A stretch of 64,000 bases of DNA from NCBI GenBank assembly GCA_040005235.1, contig JBDTZG010000023.1, forward strand, positions 1 to 64,000, read 5' to 3'. Below, one piece after another: positions 21,135-28,853 of this stretch. A model generated the notes under the pieces. It had not been told where the DNA came from and did not search any database. It saw nothing but the letters and a program-made list of their open reading frames with translations. The position numbers and the translations under genes are program-made. Numbering within the stretch: position 1 is the stretch's first letter; every line of letters starts with the position of its first letter. Source of the DNA: Acidobacteriota bacterium (GTDB lineage: Bacteria > Acidobacteriota > Thermoanaerobaculia > Multivoradales > UBA5704).

Positions 21135-22583
21135 ATGATCCGTCGAATGTCCGACCGCCCGAACCGCTATTCCCCTTTTGAGCGCAAGCGCCGGACCGTT
21201 TCGCGGATCGCGCTCTATGCCAGCGCCTTGGCCGTCGCCGGAATTGCCTTCGCGTTCGTTTCGTTGCTCGAACGCCCATTGCGACGGCTCGCCTCAGAGC
21301 GGCTCGACTCGCGTGACTATCTGAGGCTGCCCGCGGTCGAGGAACTGCGCAGCTACGTCCGGATCGACACGACCGACGCGACCGGCGACGAAGTCGCGGG
21401 GGCGCGTTTCCTGGCTGGGGAGCTGGCTGCGGCGGGCATTCCCTCTCACATCGAGCGGATGGGGCCGAAGAAGGCGAACCTGTGGGCGGTGCTCGAAGGC
21501 GAAGACCCGCGCGCCATCGTGCTCCACCATCACATGGATGTAGAGGACATTCACCCGGAAGAGAAATGGTTCGCGCCGCCGTTTGGCGCGGAGGTCGTCA
21601 TGCCTTGGCTCTACGGCCGGGGCGCGTTCGACATGAAGAGCGTCGCGATCGCTCAACTGCGCGCCCTGATCGCGCTCAAGAAGAGCGGCAAATCGCTCAA
21701 GCGCTCGGTGATCTTTCTCGGCACCAGCAGCGAAGAGACCGGCAGCGACCTGGGCGTGCGCTGGCTGCTTGCCCAGCGCCCTGATCTGGCGGCCCGCTTC
21801 GGGCTGGTGCTCACGGAAGGCGGTTTTCTGGAGGCGCGGACGCGCGACGACATCAAGTACTGGGGTATCGAGGTCGGCCAGAAACATTACGTCGATCTGG
21901 ACGTCTGCGGCCCGGATCGCCAGCCCTTGGACCAGCTCCATGCTTTTCTCGCCGCGGCGCAGGGCGAAGCGATCGGGCTGCGACTTCTGCCTGAGGTGCG
22001 CGACTACATGAAACGCTACGCTCCGTCCCGCGACCACCCTTGGCTCCGCGGAGCGCTCGCCGATCCCGACGCGATCGTCAGCGACTCATCGATCTTCTCG
22101 AAGCTCCCGCGCTACCTCAAAGGATTTTTCCGCGACGAGGCGCTGCCGTTCGAAGTAAAGGCCGATCCGGGCGGCGGCTACCGAATGCGGGTGATTCTCC
22201 ATCTGCTCCGGGACACGTCCGTCGACGAAGCATTTCCCCGTCTCGTCCCCGCCGGCCTGCTCCACGGTTTGGACTACAGAATCTCCGACTCGTCGGGTCC
22301 GTCCGAGCCGAGCTCTGCTGACAGCGCGGACTTCCTCACGATTCAACAGACCTTGGCGGACAGCTATCCCAAGGCGAGGATCGGCCCCGCGCTGCTGCCG
22401 TGGACCGCGACCGACGCGCGCTTCTTCCGCGCCGCCGGAATTCCCGCCTACGGCTTCTCGCCATTCTTGATCTTGAGCACCGATACCCTCCAAGTGGACA
22501 ACGCCAACGAGCGGATGGCCCTGCCGGGCTTCGTTGACGGGGTCGAGTTGTACGAAACGGTCTTACGCCGTCTCGCCCTTTGA
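21135..22583 (+). CDS. Membrane-anchored M20-family peptidase/amidohydrolase (altered active site)
   Basis: N-terminal TM helix, HHMDV, GRGAFDMK, SEE, TEGG, TDARFFR. Last His ligand replaced (VDNANE). Confidence 0.82.
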   Translation: MIRRMSDRPNRYSPFERKRRTVSRIALYASALAVAGIAFAFVSLLERPLRRLASERLDSRDYLRLPAVEELRSYVRIDTTDATGDEVAGARFLAGELAAAGIPSHIERMGPKKANLWAVLEGEDPRAIVLHHHMDVEDIHPEEKWFAPPFGAEVVMPWLYGRGAFDMKSVAIAQLRALIALKKSGKSLKRSVIFLGTSSEETGSDLGVRWLLAQRPDLAARFGLVLTEGGFLEARTRDDIKYWGIEVGQKHYVDLDVCGPDRQPLDQLHAFLAAAQGEAIGLRLLPEVRDYMKRYAPSRDHPWLRGALADPDAIVSDSSIFSKLPRYLKGFFRDEALPFEVKADPGGGYRMRVILHLLRDTSVDEAFPRLVPAGLLHGLDYRISDSSGPSEPSSADSADFLTIQQTLADSYPKARIGPALLPWTATDARFFRAAGIPAYGFSPFLILSTDTLQVDNANERMALPGFVDGVELYETVLRRLAL

Positions 22584-22618
22584 CACTTTTTGACAACGCC
22601 TCTGGTCAAAGATTGTCT
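22581..22618. promoter_or_regulatory. Putative sigma54-activator (PilR) upstream activating sequence, pilin 1
   Basis: TGACACTTTTTGACA (22581-22595) and an inverted copy, reverse complement AGACAATCTTTGACC (22604-22618). The same motif occurs upstream of pilin 2. Confidence 0.6.
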
Positions 22619-22670
22619 GGCGCGAAGAAGAAGCCCCTGATTCCTCAAGGGTTTGCGCGATCTAAATGCT

Positions 22671-22686
22671 TGGCACGATGCCTGCT
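22671..22686 (+). promoter_or_regulatory. sigma54 -24/-12 promoter of pilin 1
   Basis: TGGCACgatgcCTGCT, exact GG-N10-GC spacing. Confidence 0.85.
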
Positions 22687-22754
22687 TTCTCTCCAGACAA
22701 AACCCATGGAATTGGCCGTGGGAGCAGTCTGGTAGAAAGAATAGGGAGGAGCCA

Positions 22755-23276
22755 ATGCTCAATCGTCTTCGCAAACGTCAGAAGGGCTTCACGCTCATCG
22801 AGCTTCTCATCGTCGTCGCGATCATCGGCATCATCGCGGCTCTGCTGATTCCGAACTTCCTGGATGCTCTCCAGAAGGCCAAGCAGAAGCGGACCGTCGC
22901 CGACATCCGCAACACCGGCACCGCGATGTTCTCGTGGCTGACCGACCAGGTCGGCGCCGCCGCCGCCGGTCAGGGCACGGCGGATCTCGGTTCGTACGTC
23001 TCGATCACCCAGGCCGATTTGAGCACGCTGCTGGTCCCGGTCTACATGCAGGACGTCCCGAAGGTCGACGGCTGGAAGGGCGACTATGACTTCTTCCTGA
23101 AGACCGGTTCGCGGGTGCTCGAGCAGCAGGTCATGATGATCCGCAGCAAGGGCCGCGGCGGCGTGGCGGACAGCACCTCCACCTACACCATCACCTCGTT
23201 CGACCCGACCGACTACGCGCAGGACATCGTCTGGGCCGACGGCTTCTTCGTCCGGTGGCCGCAGAAGACCAACTAA
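22755..23276 (+). CDS. Type IV pilin / GspG-like prepilin 1 (probable major pilin)
   Basis: RKRQKG|FTLIELLIVVAIIGIIAALLIP class III signal peptide. Strong GGAGGAG RBS and strongly C/G-ending codons. Confidence 0.9.
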   Translation: MLNRLRKRQKGFTLIELLIVVAIIGIIAALLIPNFLDALQKAKQKRTVADIRNTGTAMFSWLTDQVGAAAAGQGTADLGSYVSITQADLSTLLVPVYMQDVPKVDGWKGDYDFFLKTGSRVLEQQVMMIRSKGRGGVADSTSTYTITSFDPTDYAQDIVWADGFFVRWPQKTN

Positions 23277-23308
23277 ATCTTCCCCCTGTCTGTTGGAGGC
23301 TCGGTCAG

Positions 23309-23399
23309 AGGGGGGTGTCGTCTTAGGCGATACCCTCCGCTTTTTTCGAGCCTTTGTAGCCCAGCCGCCGCGACCTCCAAGTCGCGGCGGTTGTCTTTT
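23309..23399 (+). terminator. Two tandem intrinsic terminators after pilin 1
   Basis: GGGGGTGTCG-loop-CGATACCCTC followed by TTTTTT, then GCCGCCGCGAC-loop-GTCGCGGCGGT followed by TGTCTTTT. Confidence 0.75.
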
Positions 23400-23417
23400 G
23401 GAGCGAGAATTGAATTC

Positions 23418-24776
23418 ATGAGTCGCCGCCTGGCACTGCTGCCGCTCCTCCTGCTGGCCTGCTCCCCGATCGGCGGCGCCCCCCACGTCTCTGAGGGAGC
23501 CGCGTGGCTGCGCGACTACCTGAAGATCGACACCACGAATCCCCCGGGCCACGAGAGCCGAGCCGTGGACTTTCTCGCCGGAATCCTCGCTCGGGAAGGA
23601 ATCCCCACCCAACGGTTTGCGGATCAGCCCGGCCGCGACAATTTATGGGCCCGGTTGCCCGCAAATTCGGGGGCGCCGGGCGCGGGGGGCGCCATCCTCC
23701 TGCTCCATCACCTCGACGTCGTTCCCGCCGGTCCCGGCTGGCAGACGCCCGCGTTTTCCGGCGAGATCCGCGAAGGCCGGCTTTGGGGGCGGGGCGCGAT
23801 CGACGACAAGAGCCTTGGTATCGCATTCCTGGCGGCGATGATCGACTTGAAGCGCAGCGGCGTCAAGCGAACGCGCGACGTGATCTGGCTTGGCGTAGCC
23901 GACGAAGAGAGCGGCGGCGGAAGCGGCACGGCCTGGCTGCTCACCAAACATCTCGAGCTGTTTGCCGGCGTCACCGCCGTGATCGGCGAGGGGGGAGCGA
24001 ACCGGGTGGCGCAGGGCCGCTTGCTCTGGTGGGGCATTGAGGTCGCGCAGAAGCGCCCGCTCTGGATTGAGGTCACGGCGGAAGGGCGGGGCGGCCACGG
24101 CTCCGGACTGAACCCCTGGAGTGCGAACCATGACTTGGTCCGCGGCCTCGATCGCCTGCTGGAAGTTTCTTCCCGTTGGCGGGTCTCCGCTCCGGTCCGC
24201 ACCTATTTGCACGCTCTCGCCCCGCTCCACAACCCTTACTGGCGGAAACGTTTCCTCGACATCGACCGGGTCGTGGCGCCCGACGGGCCGCGGGAAATGC
24301 TGATGCCCGGCTTGGCGAATCTTTTTCTCGACACCGCCCAGATCACCGTGCTTTCCGGCGGCGATCGAATCAATGTCATTCCCGCGAAGGCGAGCGCTCA
24401 GATCGACATCCGCCTGCTCCCGGATACCGACGCCGCGGCATATCTGCGGGAGATCAAGACCGCGCTCGGCCCCGATCTGGAGGTGAAGGTCCTGCTCACC
24501 TCACCTCCCGCCGCGGCCTCGCCGACCACCACCCCGGCCTTCGCCGCCTTTCAAAAGACGCTCGCCGGACCGGTCGTTCCGGCCTTCATCGCCGGCTTTA
24601 CCGACTCCCGCTACTTTCGCGAACGGGGCATTCCAGCCTATGGGTTCTCCCCTTTCGCCCTGGAGGGACCGGACTTGGCTGGTATTCATGCGGCCGACGA
24701 GCGCATCCCCCTCGTCGAGCTCGACCGCGGGATCGAGCGAACCAAAGACTTCCTCCGCGCCCTGGCCTCGCCCTGA
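23418..24776 (+). CDS. Lipoprotein M20-family peptidase/amidohydrolase
   Basis: Lipobox LLLAC. HHLDVVP, GRGAIDDK, ADEE, GEGG, GGHGS, TDSRYFR and IHAADE give a full ligand set. Confidence 0.88.
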   Translation: MSRRLALLPLLLLACSPIGGAPHVSEGAAWLRDYLKIDTTNPPGHESRAVDFLAGILAREGIPTQRFADQPGRDNLWARLPANSGAPGAGGAILLLHHLDVVPAGPGWQTPAFSGEIREGRLWGRGAIDDKSLGIAFLAAMIDLKRSGVKRTRDVIWLGVADEESGGGSGTAWLLTKHLELFAGVTAVIGEGGANRVAQGRLLWWGIEVAQKRPLWIEVTAEGRGGHGSGLNPWSANHDLVRGLDRLLEVSSRWRVSAPVRTYLHALAPLHNPYWRKRFLDIDRVVAPDGPREMLMPGLANLFLDTAQITVLSGGDRINVIPAKASAQIDIRLLPDTDAAAYLREIKTALGPDLEVKVLLTSPPAAASPTTTPAFAAFQKTLAGPVVPAFIAGFTDSRYFRERGIPAYGFSPFALEGPDLAGIHAADERIPLVELDRGIERTKDFLRALASP

Positions 24777-24809
24777 CAGTTTCTGCCGAGGCGGTGACGT
24801 ATTTTGACC
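24774..24809. promoter_or_regulatory. Putative upstream activating sequence, pilin 2
   Basis: TGACAGTTTCTGCCG (24774-24788) and TGACGTATTTTGACC (24795-24809). Confidence 0.55.
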
Positions 24810-24871
24810 TCAGCTACCTTTTTTGCCTCTCAAAGCACTGACTCTAAAGGTTTTTACAGAGGCACGGCCGC

Positions 24872-24887
24872 TGGCACGCGGCTTGCG
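24872..24887 (+). promoter_or_regulatory. sigma54 promoter of pilin 2 (and possibly pilD-pilS)
   Basis: TGGCACgcggcTTGCG, near-perfect consensus. Confidence 0.88.
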
Positions 24888-24925
24888 ATCCCATAGAGCA
24901 TCAGGAGTTAGAGGAGGGTTTGGGA

Positions 24926-25450
24926 ATGTTCTCTCAGCGACGAGACAGGGCCAAAGGTTTCACTTTGATCGAACTTTTGATCGTTATTGCGATCATTGGC
25001 ATCATCGCCGCGATGTTGATTCCCAACCTGCTCGATGCGATGCAAAAGGCGAAGCAGAAGCGGACCGTCGCCGAGATCAAGATCATCGGCACCGGCATGA
25101 TGTCCTGGTTGACCGACCAGACCGGCGCCGCGGCCGCGGGTTCTACGACAACCACCAATAGCACCAAGATCGGCGACTACCTGCCCATCTCGGCGGCCGT
25201 TCTGCAAACTGTCCTCGAACCGAACTACGTCGGTCAGCTGCCGCCGCTCGACGGCTGGAAACATCCCTACGACTATTACCTCAACGTAACGGACCCGACC
25301 AACAAGCACGTGATGGCGATCCGCAGCTCGGGATTCGACGGTAACCCCTCCGGAGATACCTACGCCTTCGGTTCCTTCGACCCGACCGATTACGCTCAGG
25401 ACATCGTCTGGACCGACGGTTTCTTCATTCGCTGGCCGCAAAAACCGTAG
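24926..25450 (+). CDS. Type IV pilin / GspG-like prepilin 2 (paralog of pilin 1)
   Basis: RAKG|FTLIELLIVIAIIGIIAAMLIP. C-terminal FDPTDYAQDIVWxDGFFxRWPQK shared with pilin 1. Confidence 0.9.
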   Translation: MFSQRRDRAKGFTLIELLIVIAIIGIIAAMLIPNLLDAMQKAKQKRTVAEIKIIGTGMMSWLTDQTGAAAAGSTTTTNSTKIGDYLPISAAVLQTVLEPNYVGQLPPLDGWKHPYDYYLNVTDPTNKHVMAIRSSGFDGNPSGDTYAFGSFDPTDYAQDIVWTDGFFIRWPQKP

Positions 25451-25501
25451 GATCGGCGGCGAGACGGGAGCGGAGCTTGTTGACGTAAGATCCGCTCCGC
25501 C

Positions 25502-26278
25502 GTGCCCCTCTTTCTCCTTTACTGGATCGTTTACTTCGGACTGGTCGGCCTACTGGTCGGCAGTTATCTGAACGTCGTCATCTACCGCCTGCCGCGTCGG
25601 CTTTCGACCGTACTGCCGCGCTCGCGCTGTCCTGCCTGCGGTACGGCAATCCGCCCCTACGACAACATCCCGGTTCTCGCTTTCCTCTGGCTACGCGGTC
25701 GCTGCCGAACCTGCGGCGTTCGGATCGGCTGGCGCTATCCTGCGATCGAGGCTCTCACCGGAGCGCTGTTCATGCTCTGCGCGCTGCGCTTCGGCCTAAG
25801 TGTCGATGCGCTGGTCGCCGCCCTCTTCTGCGCCGCTATGGTGGTCCTCGCGGCGATCGACGTCGAGCATTTCCTCTTGCCGGACCGGATCACCCTGCCC
25901 GGGATCGCGATCGGGCTGGCCGTGCAGCCCTGGCTGCGCGGGCCGGGCCTGCTCTCGGCGGCGATCGGCGCGGCGGCCGGAGCGGGTATCCTGATCCTCG
26001 TCTGGGGAGTCTGGTATCTGATCCGGCGCGAGCACGGCATGGGCTTCGGCGACGTCAAAATGCTCGCGATGATCGGCGCCTTCCTCGGGCTCCGCTCGAT
26101 GGGAGTGGCGCTGTTCTTGGCGGTCCTTGCGGGCGCCCTTTGCGGCCTGGCGCTCCTCGCCGCCGGCAAATTCGGGTTTCGCTCGAAGCTGCCGTTTGGG
26201 CTTTTCCTGGCACTCGGAGCGCTGGTCGGGTTGTTCTTCGGCGACGCGATCTCGACCGCCTACCTCGGCGTGTTGTAA
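25502..26278 (+). CDS. pilD: Prepilin peptidase/N-methyltransferase
   Basis: GSYLNVVIYRLP, SRCPAC..RCRTC, IDVEHFLLPD, GMGFGDVKM, LPFGLFL. Confidence 0.93.
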   Translation: MPLFLLYWIVYFGLVGLLVGSYLNVVIYRLPRRLSTVLPRSRCPACGTAIRPYDNIPVLAFLWLRGRCRTCGVRIGWRYPAIEALTGALFMLCALRFGLSVDALVAALFCAAMVVLAAIDVEHFLLPDRITLPGIAIGLAVQPWLRGPGLLSAAIGAAAGAGILILVWGVWYLIRREHGMGFGDVKMLAMIGAFLGLRSMGVALFLAVLAGALCGLALLAAGKFGFRSKLPFGLFLALGALVGLFFGDAISTAYLGVL

Positions 26279-26287
26279 AAGAGGGAG

Positions 26288-28042
26288 ATGAGGCGACCCC
26301 AGAAGCTCGGCGCGCGACGGGAGATTTTGATCCTGCTGCCGGCGACTCTTCTCCTGCTGGTGCTGATCTCGACGTTTACCCTCTTCTCCCTGCGTAGCGC
26401 GCTCGCCCGCTGGCAGGGGGAGCGGCAGGACGAAGCCGCCGCAATCGCCGGGCGCCTGGTGCGCCAGCTCGGCGAGGCCGCCCCCCTGCCTACCGAGGCC
26501 GATCTCCCCCGGCTGGCCGAGCCCGTCCGGGCCCTGGGGGGCGCCCTCGCGATGACCGACGCGCGGGGGGCGACGATCGCCCAGATCGGACCCTACTCCG
26601 GGCTCGGCGCGACCGGCCGAGCCGGAGACTCAAGCCTCGCCTGGGGACCGACCCTCGTCGGGGGCGATTCCGTGGCGGCCCGCGTGCCGCTGCGTGGGGC
26701 CGGACGAAGCCTCGTCGTCGAGCTCCCTGCCGCGGCGCTCGCGAGCCAGCTTCGCGCCGTTCGCTGGCTCACCCTGATCGTTCTTCCGGTCAACGCCGCC
26801 CTCCTGCTGCTCGCCCTTTTTTCGCTACAACAGATCCTCGGCCCCTGGGAACGCCTGCTCGCTCGGGCCGAGCAGGCGGGCGGCGCGCGTTCGAGCGACG
26901 AAGACGAGGTCGACTTCCTCCTCGCGACGTTTGAGCGGGCGCTCGCCGACGCTCCGGGATCGGCCGATCCGGCGGCCGGAGAGGACGACCTGGCGGCGCT
27001 CGAACGAACTCTTTCGCCCAGCCTGCAAAGCGGCCTGCTGCTCCTCGGCCGGCACGGCGAGGTCTTGGCCTTGAATGACCTCGGCGCCGCCCTGCTCGGC
27101 CTGCCGGCATTGCGTCCGGGCTCGGCGGCCGGACCTGACGTGCGCGACCTGCTGGCCGGTCGGCCCGAGGTACTCGCCCTGATCGTCCCGGCGATCGCCT
27201 CGGAGAGCGCCGTGCAGCGCGAAGAATTGAGCATCGAAGGACCCGGAGGCGCGGGAGCGGGGAGTCGGCGCACGATCCTGGGGCTCTCCGTCCACCCGCT
27301 GCGACGGGTCGATGGCGGCGTCCGCGGTCACCTGATCCTGTTCACCGATCTGACCGAGGTCCGCCTGCGCGGCGAGCAGGCGCGGGTCGCCGAAGGGCTT
27401 TCCCAACTCGGCGAGATGGCGGCGGGGGTTGCCCATGAGCTGCGCAACGGACTCGCCACGCTGCGCGGGTACCTGACCTTGATCGATCGCCGGCCGGACG
27501 GGGACGCGGTGGGCGACTATCTCGCGGAGATGCGACGGGAAGCCGATCACCTGGAGCGGGTGGCAAACGATTTTCTCGAATTCGCCCGACCCGGCTCGGC
27601 GCGCCGGGAGGCCGTGGCGCTGGATGAGCTCTTGGCGCGCGCCGCCCACGATCCTGCCCTCGGAGGGTTCGGCGTGACGGTGACGGGCGAGCCTGGGCTG
27701 ATCGCCTCGGGAGACGAGCCTCTCCTCTCCCGTGCCCTGCGAAATCTGCTCTTGAACGCCGCCGAAGCCGAGCGTCGGGCAGGAGGCGAAGGACCGCTGG
27801 AGATCGAGGCCCACAAAGGACCGGAAGGGTGTCTAAACGTCGAGATCCGCGATCGAGGACCGGGGGTGTCTCCCGAGATTCGCGAACGGCTCTTTCAACC
27901 GTTCGTGACCGGCCGGCCGGGCGGCGTGGGGCTGGGCCTCTCCCTCGCCTACCGGATCGTCAGCCTGCACGGTGGAACGCTCGATCTCGCCGACCGCGAA
28001 GGGGGCGGTACGGTTGCCACCCTCGTCCTACCCGCGGCCTGA
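26288..28042 (+). CDS. Membrane sensor histidine kinase with PAS (PilS-like)
   Basis: Two TM helices, H-box GVAHELRN, N-box NLLLNA, DRGPG, GLGL. Confidence 0.85.
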   Translation: MRRPQKLGARREILILLPATLLLLVLISTFTLFSLRSALARWQGERQDEAAAIAGRLVRQLGEAAPLPTEADLPRLAEPVRALGGALAMTDARGATIAQIGPYSGLGATGRAGDSSLAWGPTLVGGDSVAARVPLRGAGRSLVVELPAAALASQLRAVRWLTLIVLPVNAALLLLALFSLQQILGPWERLLARAEQAGGARSSDEDEVDFLLATFERALADAPGSADPAAGEDDLAALERTLSPSLQSGLLLLGRHGEVLALNDLGAALLGLPALRPGSAAGPDVRDLLAGRPEVLALIVPAIASESAVQREELSIEGPGGAGAGSRRTILGLSVHPLRRVDGGVRGHLILFTDLTEVRLRGEQARVAEGLSQLGEMAAGVAHELRNGLATLRGYLTLIDRRPDGDAVGDYLAEMRREADHLERVANDFLEFARPGSARREAVALDELLARAAHDPALGGFGVTVTGEPGLIASGDEPLLSRALRNLLLNAAEAERRAGGEGPLEIEAHKGPEGCLNVEIRDRGPGVSPEIRERLFQPFVTGRPGGVGLGLSLAYRIVSLHGGTLDLADREGGGTVATLVLPAA

Positions 28043-28051
28043 AACGCGAAA

Positions 28052-28081
28052 CCGGACGGCGCCTTGGGTAGCGCCGCCCGG
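28052..28081. terminator. Hairpin between convergent genes
   Basis: CCGGACGGCGC-loop-GCGCCGCCCGG. Confidence 0.45.
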
Positions 28082-28116
28082 TTCGAAGACTGGATCGGAT
28101 GCCTGTGTCCGCCGTT

Positions 28117-28848
28117 TCAAGGAGCGGCGGGGGCGGCCGGTTTTTCCTTGTCTTCCTTCGGCTCGACCTTGAGCATCGAGGCCGTGGGAGCGAACTTGAC
28201 CTTCTCGTAGTTGATGATCTGGGGGAAGGTGGTATCGAAGTCGGTCGACTCGCCCGGCGCCAGGCTCAACTTTTGGAGCAGCGCCTGTTGCGCCCCCACC
28301 ACGACCCCCTGCCTGTCGACCAGTTGGACCTCCAGCGCGACCGACGCGGCCATGTCCTTGCCGCCGTTTTGGAGCGTTCCCGAAACCCTGATCCGGTTGC
28401 GCGACGGATCGACCGACTGGCTCCAGACCACGACGTCGAGGTCCGGTTTCGGCGGCGCCGCGGCTGGCGCTCCCGCCTTGTCGCTCCCCGCGTCCGCTTT
28501 CGGCTCCTCGGCTTCGGGGCGCGCAAAGTCCTTGTCGGTCAACGACCATTTTGCCTTAGACTTCGGCTGCTTTGGGGTCTCCGCAGCTTCCACGGCCTTG
28601 GTCTCCCGGTCGTGGGCGGCCTTCGCAGTCGCGGCAACACTCGCGTCCAAATCGACCAGGTCGGCGCGTAGGGACGAGAGCTTGCCGTCGATCGCGGTGA
28701 ATACGACCTGCCGGCCCGAAACCTTCCACGGCCCTTTCACCTCAAGCCGCGAGCTGTCGTGCAGCACCAGCCAGTCGGCGCGAGACATCGTGCCGCCCGC
28801 CAGCAACGTCAGGGCCAGAATCGGCAACCACTTCTGAGCTCTTCTCAT
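28117..28848 (-). CDS. Exported hypothetical protein with Ig-like C-terminal domain
   Basis: Signal peptide followed by ADWLVLHDS, and VSGTLQNGG...LAPGESTDF. Begins 5 nt after the pilY1 stop. Confidence 0.65.
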   Translation of the reverse strand: MRRAQKWLPILALTLLAGGTMSRADWLVLHDSSRLEVKGPWKVSGRQVVFTAIDGKLSSLRADLVDLDASVAATAKAAHDRETKAVEAAETPKQPKSKAKWSLTDKDFARPEAEEPKADAGSDKAGAPAAAPPKPDLDVVVWSQSVDPSRNRIRVSGTLQNGGKDMAASVALEVQLVDRQGVVVGAQQALLQKLSLAPGESTDFDTTFPQIINYEKVKFAPTASMLKVEPKEDKEKPAAPAAP

Positions 28849-28853
28849 GAGTC

